A stretch of 64,000 bases of DNA from Candidatus Babeliales bacterium (lineage in GTDB: Bacteria > Babelota > Babeliae > Babelales > JACPOV01): the NCBI GenBank assembly GCA_020054235.1, contig JAGVLQ010000025.1:922-64921 (forward strand). The letters run 5' to 3'. The position numbers and the translations under genes were made by a program. A model generated the notes under the pieces. It saw only the letters and a list, made by a program, of their open reading frames with translations. It made no database searches and was not told the origin of the DNA. This document shows positions 54,717-64,000 of the stretch, in pieces. The stretch's first letter is position 1, and every line of letters starts with the position of its first letter.

Positions 54717-55255
54717 TCTCTCACGCTCCTCATGCCGGTGAGGCACAAAGGTATTGCCTGCCCAATACCTTTGATACAAGGGCACATAAGAGAAGAATCT
54801 CTTATGTAACTCTCTGCGCTCGTAACTCGGCCCTAATTTTAATAAAATTGAGGGCCTCAAACAGTGACGAGCTAATATGGCTTTAAACATCTTAGTTATT
54901 CATTCTTTTATTCGGTAGCGCTCGAATGGGAAGTTTTTCTTGCGAAAAACTTTGCTCTCGCGAGTCCAAATTATTTTTTTCTACGAAAAAAAATTAATAA
55001 ATATCGCGAGAGACAAGCGTAGCGAGCTATTCGAGCGCTTCAAAATAAAAAAAATGGTTAAATAAGACATTTTAACCTAATTAGCTTATCTGTATGAGAC
55101 TCTGAATTTTTACTGGTAAAAATTAGAGGCGAGTTATAAGCGTACGGCAGTCCAGCAACATGCTGGTGTCTTTTTTATCCAATATTTTTTAGACAAGTAA
55201 AAAATATTGGTGCCGTGCGCAGAGCACCGTGAGATAAAATAATTAAAATGAATGT
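54717..55255 (+). repeat. copy 2 of the hairpin-rich noncoding repeat of about 0.55 kb
   Basis: Aligns with 19573..20150. The central module 54928-55028 is bounded by the perfect 11-bp inverted repeat agcgctcgaat / attcgagcgct and is inverted relative to copy 1. Confidence 0.8.
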
Positions 55256-55289
55256 ACGTTTTTAAAAAAATTTAACTTAAAAACTTTCT

Positions 55290-56201
55290 TCAAAAATAAA
55301 GCTCATAATTTTCATGCACTCGTTTGAGATAAAAGTTATTGAAAATTGCTGCAAAGAGAATATAGGCAAGCCAGGTTACAAACAAACCTAAAATAGGACC
55401 AACATACTTGATGAAAAAAAACACATCGATAAAAGGTATTCGAGGAAAAATTTCCATTAAAAAAATGTACATTGTGATCATGGTTATAATTAAAAAAGGA
55501 TAGTTATAAAAAACCATTTTTAATCCACGCCACCAGCATTTAATAGAATTGATAAAACTCCCATTTGAGTCCAAATAAAAATAAGCTGCAAAAATTCCAA
55601 TTGGTGAATAACGGATCATCTCTGTTTCCAAGGGAGCCGGATAAAGAAATATAATTTTCATTAATAACAATTGAAGATTTGGTCTAATAAAGCTAAAAAA
55701 AAACCAAATTATCTGACCTATAACGATCAAAAAGAAAATAAAAAAAATATATTGCAGAATATAAGAAAAATAATAATGATAGTTTTTTTGTTTAACGGAG
55801 GGTCTAATTGCTAGAAACATAAAAAAAAATGGTAAACATTCAAAAAAAACCCAAGGACGAAAGGAAACTCCAAAAAAGTGAACATGATAAAGAATAGTTT
55901 TTGAAGCAAATTGAACAAATCCAAGCATTGTCCCTGTTTTTTGGAAGAATTGTACTAAAAAATTATTTTCTGGCAAAAGTATTTTCAACAATTCATATAT
56001 CAAGTGATGAAATTCATGGCTTTGAAAAAAAAGAAATACAAAAAAAAGCCACCAAAAATATTTAAAAAAACTTTTTACTCCGTGCCACCATGCATTGATA
56101 GTTACAAGACTAAAAAGCTTAAAATTCTTTGGTAAAAAAAACTTAAGTGAACTGAGCCATTGCTGCCCCAAAAATACAAACCTATTCACTATTGCTTGCA
56201 T
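55290..56201 (-). CDS. hypothetical polytopic membrane protein (tandem paralogue)
   Basis: Many hydrophobic helices. The N-terminal block FLGQQWLSSLKFFLPKNFKLFSLVTINAW matches FTGQQWLNSLKIFLPPEINFFSLLSLNSF of the upstream gene. Confidence 0.65.
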   Translation of the reverse strand: MQAIVNRFVFLGQQWLSSLKFFLPKNFKLFSLVTINAWWHGVKSFFKYFWWLFFVFLFFQSHEFHHLIYELLKILLPENNFLVQFFQKTGTMLGFVQFASKTILYHVHFFGVSFRPWVFFECLPFFFMFLAIRPSVKQKNYHYYFSYILQYIFFIFFLIVIGQIIWFFFSFIRPNLQLLLMKIIFLYPAPLETEMIRYSPIGIFAAYFYLDSNGSFINSIKCWWRGLKMVFYNYPFLIITMITMYIFLMEIFPRIPFIDVFFFIKYVGPILGLFVTWLAYILFAAIFNNFYLKRVHENYELYF

Positions 56202-56227
56202 ACCAACTCTCCTATTTAAGAAATCTC

Positions 56228-57016
56228 CTAAAAATAGCGTACAAAAGTTTCAGCAATGCGTTTATTGTAAAAAATATTAAACATGCAAAGCAACAGAGAA
56301 AATAAAATAAAATACGAACCATAGACTAAAACAACTGAAAACAGCGGTGCTTTAAGATACAAAAGTCCATAAATAAAATGTTTCACGGTCTTTTCTAAAA
56401 GATTAAAAACCGCTAAACAAAGCAAAATAAAGGGCAAACCATACCAAACCATTTTAGTACCACGCCAAAAACTCAAATTCAAATTTTTAAAACTTAGTTG
56501 AGAATCTAGAAAGAAAAAAAATGAAAACATAAACACGGCAGTTCCTAATGTTGAGCAAACATGAATAGCAAAGGCTAGAAAACCACCAAAATAAATCGAA
56601 AAAGCCATAATTAAGGCAACTGAAAAAAGACCTGACGCAGCTACCATAAGAACTATAAAATAGAACCCAAAAATTAAACAATGCTTTGCATAGCTAACAA
56701 AGTATTGATAATCCTTTGGTTGAACTGATGGGCGAATAGCCAAATACAAAATAAAAAGTACGAGAGTCTGAATAATTGAAAGCCCAATATTTGCATAAAA
56801 AGAATACTGAATCGCATATGATTGCAAAAAAATAATTGCTGGTATTGCTACTAACAGCCACCAAAAATATTGCAATACAATCTGCCATGTTCGGATAAAA
56901 CTATTTAAACTCAATAAAGAAAAAAAATTTATTTCGGGCGGCAAAAAAATTTTTAAACTATTCAGCCACTGTTGACCAGTAAAGACTAACCAAGTAGATT
57001 TAACCTGTGTATTCAT
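56228..57016 (-). CDS. hypothetical polytopic membrane protein (tandem paralogue)
   Basis: See 55290..56201. Also shares the C-terminal F(N/Y)NF-Y-KR-(V/I)-E-(N/T)-(Y/F) pattern. Confidence 0.65.
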   Translation of the reverse strand: MNTQVKSTWLVFTGQQWLNSLKIFLPPEINFFSLLSLNSFIRTWQIVLQYFWWLLVAIPAIIFLQSYAIQYSFYANIGLSIIQTLVLFILYLAIRPSVQPKDYQYFVSYAKHCLIFGFYFIVLMVAASGLFSVALIMAFSIYFGGFLAFAIHVCSTLGTAVFMFSFFFFLDSQLSFKNLNLSFWRGTKMVWYGLPFILLCLAVFNLLEKTVKHFIYGLLYLKAPLFSVVLVYGSYFILFSLLLCMFNIFYNKRIAETFVRYF

Positions 57017-57269
57017 ATAAAAACCTCTTATAATCGATAATTAAAAACTTATTTTTATCTCTGGAAAGCACTCTAGAAATTTTAAACCCCACTTGCATTT
57101 ATTGTATAAATCTCTTATAAAGAAAACTCAGCATGTTTGACTTTTTGTATTTTTTTTAGATACCCTAGTTAAAGAAGACCTTTATGTTTTACAACGGGCC
57201 CAACTTGCTGTATAGCTAAGATAATCTAAAAAAGGTTAAGAAAAATCAAGTAAAGAATATACGGTTGGC

Positions 57270-59534
57270 ATGAAGAAACTGATAATTGTAGAATCTCCGG
57301 CAAAAATTAAAACAATCTCCAAGTTCTTGGGCAAAGACTATAAAATTATGTCTACCCTTGGACATATCAAAGATTTACCAGCAAAAAAGATTGGCGTTAC
57401 TATCAATGATGGTATCGATATTGACTATGTAGTTATTGAAAAAAAAGAATCTGTCATTGCCGATATTTGTAAACAAGCTCAAAAAGCTGATGAAATTTAC
57501 CTAGCTCCTGACCCTGACCGAGAAGGGGAAATTATAGCTTGGCACATTGAACAAGAAATAGAAAAAGTTACTGATGCTGATAAAATCCATCGAATATGGT
57601 TTAATGAAATTACCAAACCTGCAGTAACGGAAGCATTAGAACATCCAACCTCCGTTGATTTAGAAAAAGTTGCTGCTCAGCAAGCACGCCGTGTGCTAGA
57701 TCGTTGGGTGGGTTATGAAGTTTCACCCGTATTATGGCGCAAAATAAAAAAAGGCCTTTCTGCCGGTCGCGTACAATCCGTTGCTCTGAAATTAATTTGC
57801 GATCGTGAAGAAGAAATTAGAAACTTCAAGCCAAAAGAATATTGGTCAATTGATGGTATTTTTGCTCATAAAAAAAGTAAATTTTCTGCTCCGTTGATTC
57901 AAATTGGTGGCAAAAAAATTGATATCAATAATGAAAAACAAGCAAAAACAATTATCGAAAAAATAAAAAAAGCTTCCTATCTTATTGATTCAATTCAAGA
58001 TAAAGAACGTAAAAAAAATCCATACCCCCCTTTTATGACCAGTACTTTACAGCAAGCAGCATATAACCAACTTGGTTTTAATGTAAAAAAAACCATGCAA
58101 TTAGCACAAAATCTCTATGAAGGTATTCCGCTGGAAGATTCGCAATCGCCTGTTGCGTTAATTACCTATATGCGTACTGATTCATTACGTTTATCCGATA
58201 CGGCAACCAAAGCTGCACGCTCTTATATAGATGAAAATTTTGGCAAAAATTATTTACCTTCAAAAGCTCAGGTATATGTCAAAGGGGGCGGGAAAGCGCA
58301 AGATGCTCACGAAGCAATTCGCCCTATTGATGTTAAAATAACACCTGATTATGTGCGTAAATTTATTCCTGCCGATGCAGCAAAATTATATGATCTTATT
58401 TGGAAACGCTTTGTTGCCTGTCAAATGAATCCTGCAGAATATGCACAACGCCAAGTAACTATTACCGGCGGAGAGTTTACCTTCCGCGTTACCGGTTCCA
58501 CCTTAATTTTTGATGGTTATTTACGCGTATACAGCGCCAGCGATGATGAAGAGGAAGAAGAGAAAAAAATTGTTATTCCAAAAACGCTCAAAGAAAAAGA
58601 TCCTGTTGATTTAACCGATCTTGATTCTAAACAACATTTTACACAACCTCCTCCACGTTATACTGAAGCATCATTAGTAAAAGGCTTAGAAAAAGAAGGT
58701 ATTGGGCGACCAAGTACCTACGCAACTATTTTAAATACGATACGGACACGGGATTACACTACCCTTGAAAAAAAGAAATTTCACCCTACCGAATTAGGTA
58801 TGACGGTTACTAAACTATTAACCGAAAATCTACCTAAAATTATGGATGTCAAATTCACCGCGCATTTAGAAGAAGATCTCGATAAAATTGCAAAAGGCGA
58901 ATTAAAACGCGACACCTTGCTGAAAGAATTTTATAAAGATTTCATGAAAGATCTTGAAATATTTAAAGGCGAAAAAGGCAAGCATGCTGAACCAACCGAT
59001 ATAAAATGTCCAAAATGCAAAAAAAATAAACTTGCTATTCGCATTTCTAAAACAGGTTCCTTCCTTGGTTGTTTGGGCTTTCCGGAATGCACTTTTACGA
59101 GTAATTTTAAACGCGATGAATCAGGTAACATCCAACTTATAAAAACTGAAGGCCCTAAGCTCCTTGATGAAATTTGTCCAAAATGTAAAAAACATCAATT
59201 ACGCCAAATGGTCGGCCGCTTTGGCCCTTTTATTTCCTGCTCCGGCTACCCTGAATGCAAATATATCCCTGCCACAAAAGCAAATTTTAAGTGCCCGCTT
59301 GATAAAAAAGGTGATGTTGTCAAAAAACAATGGAAAGGAAGAGTTTTTTGGGGCTGCTCAAATTATCCAAAATGCAAATTTGTTGTATTTGGAGATATTG
59401 AAGAAACAAAATGCCCAGACTGCAAATTACCATTCTTAATCAAAAAATATGACAAACAAGGGAATCTCACCCTCACCTGCTCTAACAAAGAATGCGGTTA
59501 CAAAAAAGCGGTTAAGCAAGCGGATGAAGAATAA
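57270..59534 (+). CDS. topA: DNA topoisomerase I
   Basis: TOPRIM N-terminus (LIIVESPAKIKTISKFLG, DPDREGE). Catalytic Tyr region ITYMRTDS. Four C-terminal Cys4-type zinc ribbons (CPKCKK..C..C). Confidence 0.97.
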   Translation: MKKLIIVESPAKIKTISKFLGKDYKIMSTLGHIKDLPAKKIGVTINDGIDIDYVVIEKKESVIADICKQAQKADEIYLAPDPDREGEIIAWHIEQEIEKVTDADKIHRIWFNEITKPAVTEALEHPTSVDLEKVAAQQARRVLDRWVGYEVSPVLWRKIKKGLSAGRVQSVALKLICDREEEIRNFKPKEYWSIDGIFAHKKSKFSAPLIQIGGKKIDINNEKQAKTIIEKIKKASYLIDSIQDKERKKNPYPPFMTSTLQQAAYNQLGFNVKKTMQLAQNLYEGIPLEDSQSPVALITYMRTDSLRLSDTATKAARSYIDENFGKNYLPSKAQVYVKGGGKAQDAHEAIRPIDVKITPDYVRKFIPADAAKLYDLIWKRFVACQMNPAEYAQRQVTITGGEFTFRVTGSTLIFDGYLRVYSASDDEEEEEKKIVIPKTLKEKDPVDLTDLDSKQHFTQPPPRYTEASLVKGLEKEGIGRPSTYATILNTIRTRDYTTLEKKKFHPTELGMTVTKLLTENLPKIMDVKFTAHLEEDLDKIAKGELKRDTLLKEFYKDFMKDLEIFKGEKGKHAEPTDIKCPKCKKNKLAIRISKTGSFLGCLGFPECTFTSNFKRDESGNIQLIKTEGPKLLDEICPKCKKHQLRQMVGRFGPFISCSGYPECKYIPATKANFKCPLDKKGDVVKKQWKGRVFWGCSNYPKCKFVVFGDIEETKCPDCKLPFLIKKYDKQGNLTLTCSNKECGYKKAVKQADEE

Positions 59535-59542
59535 AAAAATTC

Positions 59543-60184
59543 ATGGAATTACTAACTCGTCCCCTACTTAAAAAATACCTTCCTGAAAATCCAGTAATTA
59601 TTGAAGCCGGCGCCCATAAAGGTCGCGATAGTCTCAAATTACATAAATTATTTCCACAAGCAACAATCTATGCTTTTGAGCCAGTGCCTTATTTGTATGG
59701 ACATCTTAACAAAGCAGTTGCAGGAATTGGCCAAATAAAAACTTTCAATGTCGCGTTAAGCAACAAAACAGGCATAACAACCATGCATGTTTCTCCAGAG
59801 CTTGGCGCCGTCAGCTCGTTACTCGAACCAACAACACTCAAACAAGAAAAACCCAATATTTCCTTTGAAAAAATAGAAGTGCCAACCATCACGCTTGATG
59901 ACTGGGCGCAACAATATAACATAGAAAAAATAGATTTTTTGTGGCTTGATTTGCAAGGACATGAGCTAACTGCCTTAAAATCTGGGACAAACGTTTTAAA
60001 AACCGTTAAAGCTATCTACACTGAAGCAACCTTAGAGCCCCGCTATGAAGGACAAGCGCTTTATCCTGAACTAAAAGCATGGCTTGAACATCAAGGTTTC
60101 CAAGTCATTGCAGAACATTTTCACCACTCAACCTGGGGAAATGTTTTGTTAATAAGAAATTTAAAAAAAAGCTTTAAAACTTAA
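59543..60184 (+). CDS. FkbM-family methyltransferase
   Basis: VIIEAGAHKGRDS SAM-binding-like N-terminus and IDFLWLDLQGHEL block, typical of the FkbM family. Confidence 0.7.
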   Translation: MELLTRPLLKKYLPENPVIIEAGAHKGRDSLKLHKLFPQATIYAFEPVPYLYGHLNKAVAGIGQIKTFNVALSNKTGITTMHVSPELGAVSSLLEPTTLKQEKPNISFEKIEVPTITLDDWAQQYNIEKIDFLWLDLQGHELTALKSGTNVLKTVKAIYTEATLEPRYEGQALYPELKAWLEHQGFQVIAEHFHHSTWGNVLLIRNLKKSFKT

Positions 60185-60251
60185 TATTTTTCTGTAAAAT
60201 TAAAATTATTCTTATCTTCAATCAAATTCTTATTTTTTAATGCTATAAACC

Positions 60252-60704
60252 ATGAAATTTAAACTATTAGTTGTATTTTTGATTCTATTAATTGATGTAA
60301 CATCGTTAGCCAATGAAGAATTACTTAAAAACGCAAAAGAAAATTTAAAAAATAAAAATTATGAGGCAGCTCATACTCAGTTCACTCAACTTCTTAATTA
60401 CGATACCTATCGCTCTAAAGCTTTTTTCGGAATTGGACACGTTCTTGTTATGCAAGACAACATACAAGAAGCTAAAGAACAATTTGCCTTTGGCCTAAAT
60501 GCCAATACAACGTATGGCCCAAACCATTCAGCTTCCTATCTCAATTTCCAAATAGGGGAATTATTTTTTAAACATAAAAATCTTGATGAGGCGCTTGTAT
60601 ATTTTAAAAGATCTAAACTATTATATAATCCCAACAATAAGCAAGATAAAGATCCCGAAGACTACGTGAAGCAAATAACACTATTAAAATATTCTAAAAT
60701 TTAA
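60252..60704 (+). CDS. small secreted TPR-repeat protein
   Basis: Signal-like N-terminus. TPR-like units (KNKNYEAAHTQFTQLL, AFFGIGHVLVMQDNIQEAKEQF, LDEALVYFKRS). Confidence 0.6.
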   Translation: MKFKLLVVFLILLIDVTSLANEELLKNAKENLKNKNYEAAHTQFTQLLNYDTYRSKAFFGIGHVLVMQDNIQEAKEQFAFGLNANTTYGPNHSASYLNFQIGELFFKHKNLDEALVYFKRSKLLYNPNNKQDKDPEDYVKQITLLKYSKI

Positions 60705-62562
60705 TCATAATCTCAGCGTTGATTGTCCAATCTTTACCATGTGCAACTAATCTTTTACAAGGTATTTTAATTCCATACGCTGAAGAATAAAATCCATCTA
60801 TCATTAAAAAATTCAATGTTGATTGCATGTTCATAATTTCTTTTTTTTCATACAAAAAAGACCAACCCTCATCGTTTTTTTTCAATTCTATATTTGGAGC
60901 CACCGTAAAGTTCCAGATTGTTTTTAGGGCATCCTTGTTTTGAATTTCATCTAATATTTCCCAATTATCTCGAATCGTTATAGCATGTTCTTCGAACACT
61001 ATATTTCGATGTGCCCGTAATCCATACTGCACATAAAGGTCGTGATGCGCTTCTAATTTTTGTTCTTTTTGTTTCAGTTTATTTTCTGGCAAGTTCAAAT
61101 AAAAAAGTTGTTCATCAAATGGTACAGGTTCTATGCCTTCGATAAAAAAAGTGTTATGCACCTGGACTGATCTAAAATAATTCCGCCAAACTGCCGAAGG
61201 CGTATAAACATAACTTCCCGGATCAACAAAAACATCTATATCTTTTATAGCTAATGTAATGCTCCCAACATCATTATGAAAATGAGCCGTTGGTTGTTGA
61301 GGTTGATATGCATGATGGCGCAAACTCAAATGAACATTTTCTGTTTTTACTATCGATAGACCAAATTCTGCAAAGTGCTTTAACCCATAAACGTTTTCAT
61401 GCTTCATCTTATTTATCAAGGCTTGAGAAATCCCTGCAAGAACGAAACTAGAATCATTATCACCAATTTGAATCAGAGTACCAGATTGCGTGGTACACCA
61501 ATCTAAAAAACCAAACATTTTCTTGAGCTTTTCTACAAAAGTACCCGGCAATAAAAAATCTAAGTAAGGAGCCAACAAATAAAAATTATAAAACAGTTCG
61601 GTCACTAATTTATGATAATAGGTAGTACTTTCATAATCAGTCCCTTCATTAAAAACCTGTTTTTCAAACTCTTTTAAAATTTCTTGATAACACCAGGTTG
61701 CTCTAGTTTGTATCCCAGGCAAACCTTGAAAAAACCAACACAAATAAAAATAGCCAATTAAATCAGACAAATAATGATTTGATGTTATAGAATCGTATAT
61801 TTCCCAATTATTTTCCAAATACAATAAATGATCATAAAGACTACAAATAAATCTTTGCCAGAAAGACTCATCAATTTTAGCATTTCTAAAATAGAAAAAG
61901 CCAACAACCAAATTGGCTGCACGCAACCCAACATCCATGGGACATACCCAATTTGGCCCCAATAAATAGGGGTTTTTATCGAGCCAATCGGCTATATGTT
62001 CAACAAATGCATCTATATACTTTTTATTCTGTGTTTTTTCATAAGCTTTGCCGAAAACTATTAGATGCTGCAAACGCGAAAGTTCCCAGGGCAATTTAAT
62101 ATCACGTTCTAAGGTTTCTTTTTTTCCCGATTTTATTGCGATATCTTTGTAAAAAATATTTTTTTCAAAAGAATAGTTTGCTCGAGCATTTTGATGTTTC
62201 AAACGAAAATCATCATGCCATGGAATGTTTAAAAACATTTGTCTTCCTGAACCTAAAAGATCAAACGTTTTATTACAAAAGGCATCGGCTTTTTCAATAA
62301 CTTTTATTTCATCGAAAAAAAGTTCATTTAAACAATACAATTGCTTTTTTCTCAATGCTTGAAAAAATGAAGAAAAATCCAAAATGTTATTTTTTTTTGC
62401 AAATACGTCCCAAGACATTGCAGCACGATTTTGCAAAGCTTTTTTTCGATTCAAATTTTCATAAAAATTACTACGCAAACGCTCATAAACAATTTTTGCA
62501 GTCTTTTGCGGACCCAAGGCAATTGCTTTTTTTAGGTATTTATTTAATTTTACAAAATGCAC
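60694..62562 (-). CDS. heparinase II/III-like (polysaccharide lyase-like) protein
   Basis: The track ORF extends to 62634 and overlaps the upstream gene. The GTG at 62562 lies just after the upstream stop, but the start remains uncertain. PWELSRLQHL..WLDKNPYLLGPNWVCPMDVGLRAANL, SNHYLSDL and TAHFHNDVGS blocks match heparinase II/III family patterns. Confidence 0.65.
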   Translation of the reverse strand: MHFVKLNKYLKKAIALGPQKTAKIVYERLRSNFYENLNRKKALQNRAAMSWDVFAKKNNILDFSSFFQALRKKQLYCLNELFFDEIKVIEKADAFCNKTFDLLGSGRQMFLNIPWHDDFRLKHQNARANYSFEKNIFYKDIAIKSGKKETLERDIKLPWELSRLQHLIVFGKAYEKTQNKKYIDAFVEHIADWLDKNPYLLGPNWVCPMDVGLRAANLVVGFFYFRNAKIDESFWQRFICSLYDHLLYLENNWEIYDSITSNHYLSDLIGYFYLCWFFQGLPGIQTRATWCYQEILKEFEKQVFNEGTDYESTTYYHKLVTELFYNFYLLAPYLDFLLPGTFVEKLKKMFGFLDWCTTQSGTLIQIGDNDSSFVLAGISQALINKMKHENVYGLKHFAEFGLSIVKTENVHLSLRHHAYQPQQPTAHFHNDVGSITLAIKDIDVFVDPGSYVYTPSAVWRNYFRSVQVHNTFFIEGIEPVPFDEQLFYLNLPENKLKQKEQKLEAHHDLYVQYGLRAHRNIVFEEHAITIRDNWEILDEIQNKDALKTIWNFTVAPNIELKKNDEGWSFLYEKKEIMNMQSTLNFLMIDGFYSSAYGIKIPCKRLVAHGKDWTINAEIMIKF

Positions 62563-62572
62563 AGATAGCTTC

Positions 62573-63847
62573 TCATGGATTAATATCAATATTATCAAGT
62601 AAACCACCAGTTCCTGATGGCAATCCAACGCCACTGTTGGACAAACTACCTACAACCCGCGGCAAAGTAATACCACTCGGATAATTTACTACATAATTAA
62701 TGCCATTATTAAAAGCATTATTACGGATAACCAAACTGGTACTTTCTGCTTTTTCATCATAAATGCCAAAACTATAATTTGCACCTTTGGTATACGCAAT
62801 ATAATTATCATGAATATCACAGTTATCATTATCCGCTGATAATAAAATACCAAAAGCGGTGCCTGTGCTTATTGTTTCATTTAACGTACTTTCAGAATGA
62901 ATCAAATTTGCTCTACTTGAACTATGTAGTTCAAAGCCACAAGCGCCAGTAGCTCCTGAATTACCTTCCGATTCACAATATTGCATAACATTGCGTGTAC
63001 CAAATTGGGAGTAAAATCCTACCCCTTTACCCGCTATATTTTTATTTGAAGAACTGCGACAATGATCCAGGGTTACTTTGTTACAAGTATTAAGGTAAAA
63101 CCCAGCAGCAAATGACGAACTATCAGAACTTCGAGCAACATTGCTTGCTGCAATACAATTACTAAATAAACAACTGGTAGACAAACTAACCGAAACACCT
63201 GCTGCAAAATTATAGCCTCCATTGGCATCCATATAACAATCAAAACATTTTATATAAGAACAACCAACTACTTGCAAACCATAACCAGAACTTGTTAAAC
63301 CTGCATCATTATGTAAAAGAAAACAATCATTTATAAGTGCTTCTGAAGTATTTACTAATTTAACACCAAATGCTGCGGAACCATTAACGCCAGTACAGCC
63401 CGTAATGAGTGATTTATCAATTAAAAGACCCGCAACACCAGTACCAGTAATAATATTGCCCTCAACTGAAATGCCACCTTTAAAGCACCCACTAATATGC
63501 ATATCTGTTATACGAACATTAGTGCAACCGTCTTTTACCACTAAACCACAACCAGTCAAACCAGCAATATTACCATTTTTAATTTCAATATCGGTTAATC
63601 CGGGATTAACAATAATACCATTCAAACCAGGTACTTTATTATTGGTTTCCTGACTCAAACAACCACCTTCCAAATCTAAAACAACATGGTTAGAGGAAAT
63701 CGTAATGATAGCATCATCAGCATCAGTAGGACTTGCTGGTATTGCAACACGATAATTGTAGGTACCAGATTTATTAACAATATCAGTAATAGAAGTAGCA
63801 TAAGAACTACAAAAACTTAGAAACAAAAACAAGAACTTCAATTTCAT
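62573..63847 (-). CDS. secreted right-handed parallel beta-helix repeat protein
   Basis: The ATG at 63847 follows GAGGA; the track start 63859 is TTG. Signal-like N-terminus. Repeated G/N/C-rich beta-helix turns (NGNIAGLTGCGLVVKDGCTNVRITDMHISGCFKGGISVEGN). Confidence 0.7.
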   Translation of the reverse strand: MKLKFLFLFLSFCSSYATSITDIVNKSGTYNYRVAIPASPTDADDAIITISSNHVVLDLEGGCLSQETNNKVPGLNGIIVNPGLTDIEIKNGNIAGLTGCGLVVKDGCTNVRITDMHISGCFKGGISVEGNIITGTGVAGLLIDKSLITGCTGVNGSAAFGVKLVNTSEALINDCFLLHNDAGLTSSGYGLQVVGCSYIKCFDCYMDANGGYNFAAGVSVSLSTSCLFSNCIAASNVARSSDSSSFAAGFYLNTCNKVTLDHCRSSSNKNIAGKGVGFYSQFGTRNVMQYCESEGNSGATGACGFELHSSSRANLIHSESTLNETISTGTAFGILLSADNDNCDIHDNYIAYTKGANYSFGIYDEKAESTSLVIRNNAFNNGINYVVNYPSGITLPRVVGSLSNSGVGLPSGTGGLLDNIDINP

Positions 63848-63862
63848 TAGAATCCTCAATTT

Positions 63863-64000
63863 TTATGGAATGATGATTACGTTTGCCCATGGTGTCGGCG
63901 CACTATTCAGGTTTTTAACGTTTAATTGCGCAACAGAACCAAAGGGAACTCCGCTCATTTGATTTCCAGGAATATTGCCATTATCATACGCAAAATTTTT
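63863..64000 (-). CDS. 3' end of a further gene (partial, runs off the window), Gly/Asn-rich like the beta-helix neighbour
   Basis: The frame is open from the window edge to the TAA (complement of 63863-63865). It translates as ...KNFAYDNGNIPGNQMSGVPFGSVAQLNVKNLNSAPTPWANVIIIP. Only 45 codons are visible. Confidence 0.4.
   Translation of the reverse strand, partial: KNFAYDNGNIPGNQMSGVPFGSVAQLNVKNLNSAPTPWANVIIIP

Noticed and set aside
1-64000. Search for mobile elements, prophage, integrons, CRISPR-Cas, restriction-modification or known defence-system genes.
   Set aside because: I could not recognise any transposase, integrase, recombinase, Cas, methyltransferase/endonuclease pair or phage structural signature in any ORF. 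The only repeats found are the two-copy element and paralogous genes.

Overview
AT-rich bacterial chromosomal segment with about 60 protein genes, 2 tRNA genes and no rRNA. I saw no CRISPR array and no recognisable transposase, integrase or phage genes. Housekeeping content is clear: dnaJ, topA, a SUF Fe-S cluster system (sufC-sufB-sufD ... sufS, with sufU elsewhere), hup, lepB, plsC and a BatA-E aerotolerance-type operon. There is also an ABC-2 exporter, a PilB/GspE-type ATPase, an M23 peptidase and an M48 peptidase. The remainder is dominated by unassignable, signal-peptide-bearing proteins, often as tandem paralogue pairs, plus two giant Sel1/TPR-repeat proteins. That profile is typical of host-associated or amoeba-associated bacteria. 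A Dependentiae/TM6-like origin is only an inference.

Main leads, in order:
1. A two-copy noncoding element of about 0.55 kb (19573-20150 and 54717-55255). Several hairpins covary between the copies, and the central module is inverted between copies and bounded by short inverted repeats.
2. A secreted multidomain protein ending in a PD-(D/E)xK nuclease-like module. Its stop is coupled by an ATGA overlap to an acidic cytoplasmic partner, which looks like a toxin/immunity pair. An orphan paralogue of its central domain lies nearby.
3. A suf operon carrying two giant Sel1-repeat genes between sufD and sufS.
4. A reading frame behind a perfect consensus promoter that is interrupted by a single in-frame TAA.
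5. A PilB-type ATPase encoded as two overlapping ORFs.

All functional calls come from motif recognition by eye. No database search was run.
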